Below, piece by piece: positions 42,281 to 54,799 of a DNA stretch of 64,000 nucleotides. The notes under the pieces were generated by a model. The model ran no database searches, had not been told where the DNA came from, and saw only the letters and a program-made list of their open reading frames with translations. This DNA comes from Paraphysomonas bandaiensis (taxonomy: Eukaryota; Protista; Chrysophyceae). Location of the stretch: contig CBFFRP010000143.1 in the NCBI GenBank assembly GCA_965644295.1, positions 160,701-224,700 of the forward strand, read 5' to 3'. The number at the start of each line of letters is the position of its first letter. The stretch's first letter is position 1. Both the position numbers and the translations under genes were made by a program.

Positions 42281-45200
42281 ATGAAAGAATGCATCTTTAT
42301 GGCCCATTGCACTGTTATCATGCTGCTGGTGCTGCTGGCCTGTGCAGCTGCGATGAAACAGTCCGAATGGAGTCCTCGTCCGGCCTATGCAGAGTCCACG
42401 TGGAGTATATCGCTTAGTTTAGATGATACAGCCACTGTATGTGAACCGATTGGTCTTCTTCACTCTGTCAATGTTTCTTCTGTTAGTGTTGATGTTAGGA
42501 ATGCACTCACTAATGAAAGTTATGGTGGCGATCGTATTTTAAAGTTTGTTCGAATCTCACCACCCGGCGACCATGATGTAGAGAGTGCAGTTTGTCTTGA
42601 AGTTGAAGGTTCAAAGGATGAATCTTTTTCTGAATACTGTGGTACTGTTTATTCTCTTTCTGCATGGGATGTGGTCAGACATTTTATTGATATTGAAGGC
42701 CACTGGAGCGTATGTTTTAAACTTGCAAATGAGTTTGTTGTGTATGCTATGCCACGACAACATCATTTCTCATATAATCATTCTGGTCAGTATGTGTTTA
42801 CGAATTCCGTTAATGTAACTAGCTTTATCACTGTTACTTCCCTCTTGGAGTGGGATGAGCCAGCCCCCAACAATGGCAAAGATATATTAATTCAGCTTGA
42901 GTATGCGGCTACCCCTGTGGTAGTGGTAGTAGACTCTGTATTGGACTCTCTCCCCGATGCCTCGCTTTGTAGCCCTAACGGTAGTGCCACGAGTGGGTCG
43001 TGTACTCTTCGATCGGCGATGGCGTACTGTATCTCGATTTCTTCCACATCAGAGAAATGCATCATTACAATGCCCTCGGATGAGACAATCTTTCTCAACG
43101 ACACTCTTGGTGAGTTGGAAATAGAAGATGTCACCGTCGGTATTACGTTAGAGGGCAATGGTTGCACTCTATCTACCAAATCAGCAGAGCGGAATTCGGT
43201 TAGAATGCTCAGGGCTCTAGTATCCACTTCTCATGTTCTTCACTTGGCCCTGAAAAACTTGAATGTAGAGCAATTCGGAGATGGATCGACAGATGGAGGT
43301 GCGATATATCTCGAAGGGGTTACATCAGTTCGTTTTGATAATGTATCATTTGTACAAAACTGGGGGCTGCAAGGTGGATCAATATATGCGACAGATTGCA
43401 GCAACGTTAGTATCACAGACAGTCACTTTATGATGTCGAAGGCCGAAGGCGATGGCGGTGCAATATATGTTGATGAATACTGTGATGATTGGAGTATCAC
43501 CAACACATTGTTTATCAGTAATAACGCCTCTACTGGAAATGGTGGAGCTGTGTGCTCTAACTCCCATAACAACTACATGTGTTTCAGTGGCTGTGTCTTT
43601 ACTGGTAATGAAGCAAGTTATGGCGGTGGTGTGTCATTTGAATATCTATCAAATGACATCGATATATTGAATACTTCGTTTTCAGATAATGTGGGCACAG
43701 AAGGTTCTAGTATATATCTGAATAATATCATCGACACTGTTTCAATCGACAATTGTAGTTTTGTTGGGGACCTTGCCCAGATTGGTGTTCTGAGTGTTAC
43801 TTCTTCGTGCTCTGACGTGTGGATAACAAATAGTGTGTTCCGAGATAATATTGCGACTTCCTTTAGTGTCATTGTTCTTTCGATTAGTAATGATCACATT
43901 TATATGGAAGGCTTACTATTCGAATCAAACATTGTATATCAAGGGGCAGTGGGAATTCTCTACAGTAATTCGTATGTAACTATAACGCGCTGTGAATTTA
44001 GAGACAACACCGGTTTAATAGGTTCCGCCCTATATGTCATGACGGGAAACTTTGATTACACTGTTGAAGATACCACTTTTACTAGGAACAGTTGTCAGGG
44101 CTCTGGCGCTGTATATGTAGCTGATACTAATACTTATAATTCATTTCGAAACTGTACGTGGACAGATAATGTAGCCGTCTCTGGGGCAGGTGGAGGTCTT
44201 TTATTTGGAGCGATGAATAATTTTCTCTCCATAGAAGATTGCAGATTTTATAATAACTCTGCGGATACTAATGGGGGAGCATTGGCTATACTTGACCAGC
44301 ACTATGACATCAGCCTATTGAATTGTACTTTTGAAGCGAACAATGCTGGACTCTACGGTGGCAATGTCTATATTTCGCAAATGAATAATGCTATTAGAAT
44401 TGAGAAATGTGGTATGAGCAGCGGAACTGCAGCATATGGAGGAGGAATTCGATTTGAATACAGTAATTCCATGATTAACATGATGGATTGCATGTTTCAG
44501 CATAATGCTGGTATGGAACACTCAGCGTTGTCTTTGGGTAAACTGAATACCCAGGTTAAGATTACAAATTGCAATTTTGTAAACAACTCTGCTTTGATTT
44601 CTGGTTCGGGTGGTGCCATTGGTGCCACAGAGAGTAATGCATTTGTTGAGATTCATGACTGTCAGTTCATTAAAAATATGGCACCTCTCCATGGTAGGAA
44701 GTCTTCGACCTATACTCATAGGATTAGTCATTGATAATGTTTTTTAGGCGGCGCTATAGTGCTCTCGAAAAGCAACACATATATTAGCTTGCGGAGATCC
44801 TTATTCGAGGCAAACGAAGCAGCTTACAATGGGGGAGCTATTTTTATGGACGGCAACAATTACTATATCGAGGTATCACATTGCACCTTTACCAGAAACA
44901 TCGCGACCTATGACGGTGGAGCAGTGCATGTCGCGTACCATGGTGTTCAAATATACTTTGATTTTTCAGTGTTCTTGTTTAACAAAGCTATGAATGGAGC
45001 AGGGATCTGTATCAATAGTCAAAACATTGACGTTTTTGTTGAGAATAGTGTCTTTTTTACAAACGTAGTTAGTGATAAAGGTGGAGCTGTATTTATTAAA
45101 GATAGCAATATCCGAGTATTTCTATTCAATAACTCGATTGAGTTTAATTCAGCCCTCTACGGTGGTGGTATTTCCATGCGCAGTGGAAATCAAATGACAA

Positions 45201-48200
45201 ATATTGCGAACTGCACATTTATGAGCAATACTGGACGCAGTGCTGGAGGTGCTGTGTATTCCTCTATTTCCAACAACAACTTTGTCATTGAGCAGTGTAC
45301 TTTAAGTCAGAATGACGCGGCTTATGGAGCAGCTGTTATACTTGGAGAAGATCATCGAAATTTCACCATGAGAAATTGCAATGTTTATGGAAATAAAGCA
45401 ACATATGGGGCAGCGGTATACATATCTAGTTTTAACTCAGGCATTTCCATTGCAGCATGCAATATTACCGGAAATGAGGCAACTTCGAGTGGGGGTGGAA
45501 TATATAGTTTAGCTGAGAACATTGTGGTTGAGTACTCAATCGTAAGTGAAAACAGGGCACAGATTGGAGCAGGCATGTTTGTTGATACAAACGAAATAAT
45601 TCGAATTTACCGCAGTGATTTTGTTAATAATACTGCCTCTGCACAAGGTGGTGGTATTACTGCTACAAAATGCACATTTATTTATGTACTGGAATCCAAA
45701 TTTTTGCGTAACAGTGGGATGAGTGGAGGTGCTATTGTACTCATCAAGAATAACGCCATTCGTATCAGTGAAAGTGATTTCGTATTAAACAATGGTTCGC
45801 TCGGTGGAGCAATACTAAGCACTTATTCAATCAATGTGTCTTTTAATGGCTGTGTATTCGACAGCAATCTCGCTGAGACTGGAGGAGCGTGTTATTCCAC
45901 AAACGATGAACTATTAGAGTACGTTGCAGTGGCTTTTTATAGTAATTCTGCTGATCAAGGTGGTGCTCTTTATCTGCGACAGTCAGATAATTGCAGTGTC
46001 ACATCTTGTGTTTTTAGCAATAATAAAGCTTCAACTAGTTCAGGGTCTGCTATTTGGATATCGGATTCGCCGTCAAGGCTGACCACTAGTCAATTCGTTA
46101 GTAACAGTGCCAACAGTGGCGGTGGTACCGTATACTGGTCTGCTTTGAGTGGAATGATGGAGCCAGACGGTTTGCGTACAGATAGCAATTTATTCAGAAA
46201 TAACTCTGCTGCATATGGAGCCGACTGGGCCACCGAAGGCATCAGAATCGATATTGATAAGAGCGTTATAAATGTTGATCAATACAGTTCTCCTATTCCC
46301 GAATTGAGTGTGGTGATGCAGGATTACTATGATCAAACTGTCGTAACTGAATCTGCGGCTTTAGTTGAGATATCTATTCTCTCCGAATATTTGACGCCGG
46401 AAATGTGTTACGACGGTGTGGGATACATAACAGGCGATTACGTTGAGTTTATGGTTGGCGGAGTTGCTAATATTTCGAATCTTCAAGCGTATTGTGCTCC
46501 TGGTTATACTTTAGGTCTTAATGTGTCGACCTCATCTTTTTGCGTGGAATCGGTGAGTTTGTCTCTTACAGCATCATTTCTATTGAATTTCAGGGAATGT
46601 TCACGTGGCGAGTACTATAGTAGTAAAGCATGCTTATTGTGTGGTAATGGTACGTACAGTCTAAAGGAAAATGCCGATTTATCGGTGACGCAGTGTGTTG
46701 AATGTCCACAAAAAGCAGATTCTTGTTATGGGGACCAGTTGAAGCTGAAAGAAGGTTACTGGCGTATGAATTACGATGCGACGAGTATTCTTGCATGTCC
46801 ACTTGACAAGAGAAGCTGCATTGGTGGTTGGGGTACAGGGAACGATCTCTGTGCAGAGGGTCATATTGGCGCCCTATGTGCCGTGTGTGACGCATCGTAT
46901 TACTATAATTCAGCTTCAGGGAAGTGTGAAAAATGCGAGGAGTCAAGCTGGGGTGACCCACTGATGTTTATTGGTGTCATTATTGTCATAGCAACTCTTT
47001 TATTTCTCGTAGTAAAGAGATCTCCCGATTCATCACCGACTAGCTTATTGAAAAAAGTGACCATCGAAGTAATGACCTGGTGGGGTGTACGGTTTGAGAA
47101 CAGAATGGAATTAGATGAATATCTTGCCATCCTAACACGCCGTCTTCAATCCCGGCTGAAGGTCTACGTGGTGTTTTATCAAATCGTGTCATCACTGCCG
47201 TTTGTATTGTATGATTCTAAGTTTCCTCTGTCCTATATGGAGATTGCTTCGGTGCTGAATGTGGCGAGCCTTACTGCCTCTCACAGTTCCCTTGTTGGGT
47301 GTAGTTTCGCGAAACTGGACTATGTTGATTTCCTTATGATTGACACTCTATACCCGATTGCGTTAAGTCTCTGTATGTGGTGCGTTTGTAGAATACATAC
47401 GTTTCTAAAGTGTAGAACTGGTCTTGCATATGGCACACATGAAATAGTGAAGCTGCAGTCTAATTATTTCTCAGTATGGTTGATGATTATATATCTCTTA
47501 TTACCAGGAATATCAACAACTATATTTCGAACCTACAGCTGCCAAAATATTGATCCAGATAATGTGGAAGAAGGTTCTAATTGGTACATGCGAGCAGACT
47601 ACAGCGTATCGTGTTCTTCTAACAGATACTTCTTTGGAGCATCATGGGCGACAGTTATGCTTGTAGTATACCCCATCGGGATCCCATTTTTATTCTTTGT
47701 GCTTCTCTATCGGTCCCGTGATACGATTAAGAGTAGACACATGGTTTCGAGAAATACAGAATGCGAATCGATCAGGGAAGTAGAACTCAAGCCTTTACGA
47801 ATTTTGTATGACTTTTACAAGCCTGAACGATGGTGGTGGGAGCTTGTTGAAACATCCTTTCGTTTAAACTTTACCGGGCTATTGATAGTTGTTAAACAAG
47901 GATCTGCTACCCAAGTCATCGTGGGGATAGCAGTTGCAATTGCTTATATTAAATTGTACCATGTGTATATGCCGTATTCAGATTCATTCATCGGATCTAT
48001 TAAAGAATTGACCATGTGGCAACTATTTACGGTGCTGCTTCTTGTGCTTATTGTCAAAGCTGATTTTAGCGCTGTTAGCGACGCGAGACTGGTTGTTGCA
48101 TTCATATTTGCCGTCTTTATCAATCTCATATTCGAAATGGTATTGGTATTCATTCGTGCTGTTAATAAGGATGGTGCAGCAAGTAAGTGTGATATTTTAG

Positions 48201-48325
48201 GACATAATGATGACGTCATTGTGCACAATGAAGTTGGGAACGAAGTTTTACGGCGTCGTTCTCCAAAGGCTGATGTCCAAAAAGCTGTAGAGCTTCAGGA
48301 ACGACAGATATCAACTTGCTTTTGA
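42281..48325 (+). CDS. ~2000-aa surface protein: signal peptide, CSLREA-like motif, parallel beta-helix (Pmp-like GGA/FxxN) repeats, Cys-rich region, multi-TM C-terminus
   Basis: VIMLLVLLACAAA signal; SCTLRSAM; many FxxN..GGA(I/V) repeats; GYWR..ACP..C.GG..C.EGH.G.LC.VC; LKVYVVFYQI, RADYSVSC, YPIGIP, WWWELVE; about 6-7 hydrophobic segments. Single intron ~44693-44748. Start could be 42281 or 42299. Confidence 0.88.
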
Positions 48326-48703
48326 GATATTGGTAATCTTCGAAAGATCAAAGATGCAGTCATTTCGTTTATACCTCAGTATTTCTAAATATAGTATATA
48401 TAATATTTTCTAACTAAACATTTCTAAAATGCCATTTCTGTCGCACTGAATATTTTAAACAATTTAGTCACTTGTATATTGCATGTGTTGAGCTCTGCCC
48501 TACTCTATACCAGGGATAGGGAACAATATATTGCAATACTATTGTTAGATAGCGTCCCATCAATAGTATTGATGGATTTTTTAAACCGGTCCTACAATAC
48601 AATTAAAATATATTGTCAATGTATTGCAATATATTAGTATGACTAATCAGTAGGTAAACGCATCCGTAGATTTCATTTTTAGTATTAGTCATTAAGATCA
48701 CAT

Positions 48704-51700
48704 TAACAGAAGTTGACATTATTTGCTAAGGTTTACTATTCTCAACTGATAAGATGAAATTATAAACATTACATGATAAAGAACCTAAGTTGTGTTCGAT
48801 GTGTTCAACACCATTCATTTACTACTATAGTGTACAACCACACACTCAGTCATCGTATCCTGTATAGTCATCCACTTCTACTTCAGTTTCATACTACATA
48901 ATATAATGTACTAATTACATATATATCTTTCGATCCTTGCATCTCACATAATACTGCACTCAATTGCAAGTATATAGAATCTTCAGATCTCAACACTCCC
49001 CCTCAATTGAGTGTTGTACTATGACGCCTCCCAGCTATTGAATGCCTGAGATAAAAAAATTCTTGACAGTAAAATAGACTCATCTCTAAGTCTAAACCTC
49101 TGTCTAAAAAACTCAGTACCTACTTGCGCCTTCTTTTATCCCTTGGTCCCTCATTAATCACTTCAGTGGAACTCTTAACTTTCTCTCCAAGATTTCTCTT
49201 TCTCTGCTCCATATATGATAAACCAACCAATGACTTTGTATAAATATCTGCTGCTTGTTGCGATGTATGCACATGCACTAACTTAATCGTATTGAACTGA
49301 TTGGGATCCACGTGCTCTCTCACCATGTGATACTTAATCTCAATGTGCTTCGACTTCTTGTGAAACACTGGGTTTTCGGCCAAATCCTGGGCACTCTGAC
49401 TGTCGATGAAGAATGGTGTGGGTTTGATGAGCCTCAACTTAATCTCACCCGTCACCCCCCGAACCCATAGCACTTCTTGGAGACCCGAGTAAATACACTG
49501 ATACTCAGACTGCATGCTTGACGTTGCCACTGTCGTCTGCAGTTTGGACTGCCAGACTATAGGCCCTCCCGCTGCAAACCCAACGTACCCCGACGTGGAC
49601 TTCCTGGAGAGCTGATCTCCCGCCCAATCCGCGTCAGTAAACATATGGAAGTCGAACCGTCTACTCCCATATTGAATCCCTTTGTCAATAGAACCACGAA
49701 TATATTGCCATACATGTGTTAATAGCTTGCATACTTCAATATTCACCTTATTACTGAACCGAGACAGTACTCCCACTGCATAGGCAATATCCGGCCTCGT
49801 GTTCATCGATAGATATAGTAATGCACCTATCAGCGGCCGATATGGGAAGTTATCTACTATAAGCTGTTCCTCCTCGGTATGCTCATGCCGCGCCCCTTTT
49901 GCCACTAAATCCATTGCTTCCGCCGGTAGAGGACTCTTCCGTACCTTTCGCGGTGGCCCAAGATACTTTTCAAACTTTTCTAAGATCTTAGCCGCATATA
50001 CTGATTGGTCAAGACGAATATACTCTGGCGTTCTTGTGACTCGAACATTCAGAAAATGTTCCATCTCGCCCATATCCTTCATATCAAACCGGGCACACAG
50101 TTGAGCTTTAATATCCTTCACTATGTTGACATCACGACCTAACACTAGGATATCATCCACATATATCGTTAATAATATCAATTCATCGCCCTTATACTGA
50201 TAATACAAACACGGGTCTAATACACATGGTTTAAAATGCATAGATCGTATGAATTTATCCAATGTTTTCCACCACGACCGCGGGGAACTCCGAAGCCCGT
50301 ATAACGACTTCTTCAACTTAAAGCAGTACCCCTCAGGCAGCTGAAAGTCCGGAGTTGCCTTCATATATACATCCCCCTCTATATCTGCATATAGAAATGC
50401 GTTAGACACATCCAGTTGATGAATTACCATGTTCATCACGAAAGCTATGGCGATTAACAGTCGCACTGTTACCCCCTTAACAACGGGTGCGAAATGGTTC
50501 GCCCAACCACTCGACTGCTGTCCACAACCGATTGCTACAAGACGAGCCTTATATCGGCGGACCTCTCCCTCCTTATCGTACTTCTTTCCATAGACGTACT
50601 TGGAGTGCAGTGGGACGACTCCGTCCGGTATACGAGTCACCTCCATGGTATCTCGCTTCGCCAAACCCTCTCGCTCTACACGGCGAGCTCGTCTCCACTC
50701 CCTGTGCTCGGCACTCTCCAAGGACTCACGATGTGTCTGAGGCACTGTCGACTCTTCCGCTGACATCCACACTGAGTCTGCCTCCTGTAAAAGGTCACTC
50801 ACATCACTCTCATCACTCAAATGATGGATTTGTCCTAACACCGACACATTCGTTACCGTCCTTGGAGTTCTTGCGCGTTTGCCGTGCGGATGATTCTCGG
50901 CAGGGGTCCCTTCCCCCGAAGGTAATGCTGAGTCAGCCTGGGGCTGCACCTGCCCACTTTCCGACTGCTGTGGCACCACTCCGCTGATACCGCCGTCACG
51001 GTTGTCAGTAACTCTGGCCCTAACCACCCTCTGCGCAAGATCCTCTGTCATCTTCTTGATGTCAGCAATATGAATAGGAGTTTTATCCTCCACTTGAACC
51101 TGGTTACCAGTAACCAACGACCGGTATCCCACAATAAGTCCCTTCCTTATCACCACTCTGTTAGTCTTGTATAGCAGACCACCATCCTCATGGTGCTTTC
51201 CGATAAGATACTCAAACTCACCCGGTTGACGAGCCTCGGGATCTATAGCCACTTGAGCCTCCTCCAGCTCTCTATAATAATCCTGAGACCTCTCAGGTAC
51301 CGATTCATCAAATAATACATGTACAGAGTGTACTACGGTGTCCCCCACTAGCACCTTGTATCCTTTTCGATCAGCTGGATACCCTATGAAATAACCTGTC
51401 ATTGCTTTGTCCTCCCAGTCCTTCCTCCTGTCGGCCTTGGGTGTTAGCACATATGCTTTGCACCCCCATTTCCGTAGCCACGATAGGCTGGGAACGCTCC
51501 CCCCTGGGACACACTCATATGGAGACATCCATCCTTGCCACGTCCGAGTTGGCATTCGTCGCACAATGTAACATGCAGTTTGATAAGCATCAGACCAGAA
51601 CGACTTTGGAAGTCCAGATGCCGTCAACATCGTCAGTGTCATCTCCCCAATTGTTCGGAATTTCCTCTCAGACACCGCGTTGAGCTCTGGCGTGTCTCGT

Positions 51701-53994
51701 GTTGTATGTGACACCCGAGTCCCATATCGCTGCAACAGATACTCTCTTATCTGCTGACTAATAAGTTCGGATCCTCCATCGGCATGATACTCCACTATAC
51801 GGTTCCACCCCTCGTACTTCACTAAGTGGACCTCGCACAAGTGTCGTAGACATTTGAACACCTCCTCTCCGCTTCGAGTCCTCAATCCATATTCCCATAT
51901 CATCTTTGTTGCTAAGTCCGTAAATAGGAGCACGTACTTATACCCTTGTCTGGATTCACAATTGAGATAGACGGAGATGTCCGCTGTTACTCTTTCCAGG
52001 AACCTGACTGCGCTTAGCTCTTCGTTGTCCCGTGATTTGAACGAATGCCTGGTTATCTTCGCCTTGGCACACCATTTACACAGGGGTTTCTTGCAACTCT
52101 TCTCCTTTGCCTTCGAAAGGTGATGTCGTTGTAGTCCTGATCCTCTGAATAACATGTGTCGGTGAGCTTCTAATAACTTCGATTTCGAGACATGTCCAGT
52201 ACGCTCATGTAAGCGATCCAACGCATCTTGTCCTGTATTATCCGACAAATTTACCTCCTCCATCTGATTGCACATAGACACATTTGGCAGATTTAACACC
52301 TCCATCAAGTCCACATACGGCATCCCTCCATGCTCATCGTACTCTCCAGTCAACACCTCGTTTCCAGAGTCCAATTCCACGATTTTAGGCTTTCGAAGCA
52401 GTTGTAATCCGTATCCCATTGATCTCAGCATCCCTCCTGACACAATGTTCTTCACCGCTTCTTCACTAACTCTGATGTCTCTCCATTCCCCGAATGTACC
52501 AGCCCCCTGTGTCTCCAATTGAGAACCCTTTCTAGTTAGTTGGATTGCCCCAAACTCAGGAGTAAATGACTCCAGTGCAATTTTATCCTTTACTATAAAC
52601 AGTCTTTTACTTGCACAACTGTCCAGATATACACGAGGTTCTTCCGACGTATCCACCGATAGCAAAACCTCTTCTCCAAACATATTCGCTTCATCATCCG
52701 ACGACTCTCCGTCGTTGACGTATTTCTTCCATTCTGTCTCGAATTTCCTGTTCGATTTTCGAGGATTCTCATTATCCGGGTTTTTTATGTTCTTCCGTTT
52801 TTTCGACTTGCACTGTCGGGCTTTATGACTAAAATCTCCACAGATATGACAACCAGTATAATCCTTTGATCCTGGCTGCTGCACACTCTTCGAAGCCTTT
52901 TCCTTTGTCTTCCCTTTTCTTTTGAACTTATCCATTTTTCTTTGTCGTTCCTTAGCATAACAATTCGCTGCTACATGTCCCTTCTTCCGACAAAATGAAC
53001 AAACCACTGGCTCCTTCGACGCCGTAAAATTGATCTCTTCAGATTTGTCTCCCTTTAGTTTCTTCAGCTGCGTCATAGCCTCGTCATACTCTTCACAAGC
53101 CTCTTTCACCGAATCAAATGTAGTTGTTGCTTTAGGCATCATCGCTACCGACATCCATAAATCATGTAATTCCTCTATCTGCAGCGCTGCTTTTATCTTT
53201 GCTAATTTACTTGCCTCTGTCTGCGGTTGTCCCAATTTTATGAGCTTCTGGATTATACCGTTCAGTCGATCTACCCCAACAGACACCTTTTCCCCCGGCC
53301 TTATTTTGAACGAATGGTATTCTGCCGTAGTCTTCTCCAATACAGTCCCAATCTCGCCTCTGAACCTATCAACCAGTGTCTGAAGGAGCTCACTGGATAA
53401 CACCTCCTTAGCAGGATCATCAGCAGGTAAAATTGCCTTCCCCTCCAAATATTGATTGGCTACCTCCAACACATCAGGGTCATGCTCGCAAGCCTCCCAA
53501 ATAGTACTAACACAGGTATCATTACGCTCTCTCCATGACTCTAAATTCCTTCCTCCGGCTGGCGGGTCCTCCAAGCCAAGATGGTTTCGGTTTTTCTTCA
53601 TTAGATGCATCTTGATTTTTCTCGCTGAATAGTCTGCTTGGTTCTTGTCAAACCGTAGCTTCTTGTCATCTTCCCCATCCCTACAACTAGCATTCGCTAC
53701 CATAACAGAAGTTGACATTATTTGCTAAGGTTTACTATTCTCAACTGATAAGATGAAATTATAAACATTACATGATAAAGAACCTAAGTTGTGTTCGATG
53801 TGTTCAACACCATTCATTTACTACTATAGTGTACAACCACACACTCAGTCATCGTATCCTGTATAGTCATCCACTTCTACTTCAGTTTCATACTACATAA
53901 TATAATGTACTAATTACATATATATCTTTCGATCCTTGCATCTCACATAATACTGCACTCAATTGCAAGTATATAGAATCTTCAGATCTCAACA
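48704..53994 (-). mobile_element. Intact full-length Ty1/copia LTR retrotransposon
   Basis: Identical 292-bp LTRs at 48704-48995 and 53703-53994; TSD CACAT at 48699-48703 and 53995-53999; PBS TGGTAGCG directly after the 5' LTR; purine tract (GA-G-run-AG) directly before the 3' LTR. Confidence 0.98.
49120..53718 (-). CDS. Copia gag-pol polyprotein (2 zinc knuckles, protease, GAG-pre-integrase, integrase, RT, RNase H)
   Basis: CSFCRKKGHVAANC, CHICGDFSHKARQC, YLDSCAS, HERTGH..CKWC, ADGGSE, PELNAVSER, YKARLVA, LDVSNAFL, LKKSLYGL, IYVDD, TDADWAG, KHIEIKYH; INT precedes RT (copia order). Confidence 0.97.
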   Translation of the reverse strand: MSTSVMVANASCRDGEDDKKLRFDKNQADYSARKIKMHLMKKNRNHLGLEDPPAGGRNLESWRERNDTCVSTIWEACEHDPDVLEVANQYLEGKAILPADDPAKEVLSSELLQTLVDRFRGEIGTVLEKTTAEYHSFKIRPGEKVSVGVDRLNGIIQKLIKLGQPQTEASKLAKIKAALQIEELHDLWMSVAMMPKATTTFDSVKEACEEYDEAMTQLKKLKGDKSEEINFTASKEPVVCSFCRKKGHVAANCYAKERQRKMDKFKRKGKTKEKASKSVQQPGSKDYTGCHICGDFSHKARQCKSKKRKNIKNPDNENPRKSNRKFETEWKKYVNDGESSDDEANMFGEEVLLSVDTSEEPRVYLDSCASKRLFIVKDKIALESFTPEFGAIQLTRKGSQLETQGAGTFGEWRDIRVSEEAVKNIVSGGMLRSMGYGLQLLRKPKIVELDSGNEVLTGEYDEHGGMPYVDLMEVLNLPNVSMCNQMEEVNLSDNTGQDALDRLHERTGHVSKSKLLEAHRHMLFRGSGLQRHHLSKAKEKSCKKPLCKWCAKAKITRHSFKSRDNEELSAVRFLERVTADISVYLNCESRQGYKYVLLFTDLATKMIWEYGLRTRSGEEVFKCLRHLCEVHLVKYEGWNRIVEYHADGGSELISQQIREYLLQRYGTRVSHTTRDTPELNAVSERKFRTIGEMTLTMLTASGLPKSFWSDAYQTACYIVRRMPTRTWQGWMSPYECVPGGSVPSLSWLRKWGCKAYVLTPKADRRKDWEDKAMTGYFIGYPADRKGYKVLVGDTVVHSVHVLFDESVPERSQDYYRELEEAQVAIDPEARQPGEFEYLIGKHHEDGGLLYKTNRVVIRKGLIVGYRSLVTGNQVQVEDKTPIHIADIKKMTEDLAQRVVRARVTDNRDGGISGVVPQQSESGQVQPQADSALPSGEGTPAENHPHGKRARTPRTVTNVSVLGQIHHLSDESDVSDLLQEADSVWMSAEESTVPQTHRESLESAEHREWRRARRVEREGLAKRDTMEVTRIPDGVVPLHSKYVYGKKYDKEGEVRRYKARLVAIGCGQQSSGWANHFAPVVKGVTVRLLIAIAFVMNMVIHQLDVSNAFLYADIEGDVYMKATPDFQLPEGYCFKLKKSLYGLRSSPRSWWKTLDKFIRSMHFKPCVLDPCLYYQYKGDELILLTIYVDDILVLGRDVNIVKDIKAQLCARFDMKDMGEMEHFLNVRVTRTPEYIRLDQSVYAAKILEKFEKYLGPPRKVRKSPLPAEAMDLVAKGARHEHTEEEQLIVDNFPYRPLIGALLYLSMNTRPDIAYAVGVLSRFSNKVNIEVCKLLTHVWQYIRGSIDKGIQYGSRRFDFHMFTDADWAGDQLSRKSTSGYVGFAAGGPIVWQSKLQTTVATSSMQSEYQCIYSGLQEVLWVRGVTGEIKLRLIKPTPFFIDSQSAQDLAENPVFHKKSKHIEIKYHMVREHVDPNQFNTIKLVHVHTSQQAADIYTKSLVGLSYMEQRKRNLGEKVKSSTEVINEGPRDKRRRK

Positions 53995-54199
53995 CACATG
54001 ACAACCAAACCAACTGCTGCTTATAGCTACTAAAAATCCACCTCGTCCTCATCCTCTGAGCCATCATCGGTGACGTCAACATCACAATATTCATCCACAG
54101 AATTAATTGAAATATGCTAGTATCCGGCCATAACTGTCGAATAGCTTTCAGAAACAACAGCATATTAAGTAGGATGGATGCATTTGGCAACACTGATAT

Positions 54200-54799
54200 A
54201 TTATTTTTAGCTGTGCTGTACAGAAGTTCCCATGTACGTTTCCCGTAAACTGGCTCTGGCAGATCAAAGGTTAAGGACAGTTCACACCTACGATAGCGCA
54301 TACGCAATGAAGCCCTGACATGGAAAAATCCTTCAGCATTGGCAGGAATCGGGCCAAAACAAAACATGGCTTAGACCTGAATAAAGCCACATACTCCGAT
54401 TGTGGTTTTCGACTTGACTCTCTCAAACATATGTGTCTTGATTGTCCACACGACTCCATTTCGCAGATACGAGAATCCGCCTTTAGAGACACTCCAGGAG
54501 CTACAACGAGACCCTACCCTAGCAACTTGGAGTGCAGCTATTCCCAAGAGGCTGTCCAGCAGAGCCTGGAACACCTCTACCGCAAGTTTTTCTGGACGGG
54601 GGCTATTACTGAGGCCCAGCTGGAGAATGTGTTTGGCGCGGAATATGATTGTGCTTTAAACTCGCGAGGACTTCGTAATCTAGAAATAGTAGTTGTAAAC
54701 CTTCTCCAGCCGCTCTACGCTGCAGCCAAACAAATGATTCAAGACCGTAGTCGCCGCAACAAGTCCTGCAGGACCCTACCCCAAGGGACGTCCCCTTGA
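54200..54799 (+). mobile_element. Degenerate non-LTR retrotransposon 3' remnant with CCHC-type zinc finger
   Basis: W-KSFSIGRNRAK..YSDCGFRLDSLKHMCLDCPH (Cx2Cx7Hx4C-like with the first Cys lost); homologous to the 28570-28680 remnant. Confidence 0.6.

Noticed and set aside
49799-53383. Plus-strand ORFs inside the copia element
   Set aside because: Antisense shadows of the gag-pol frame.
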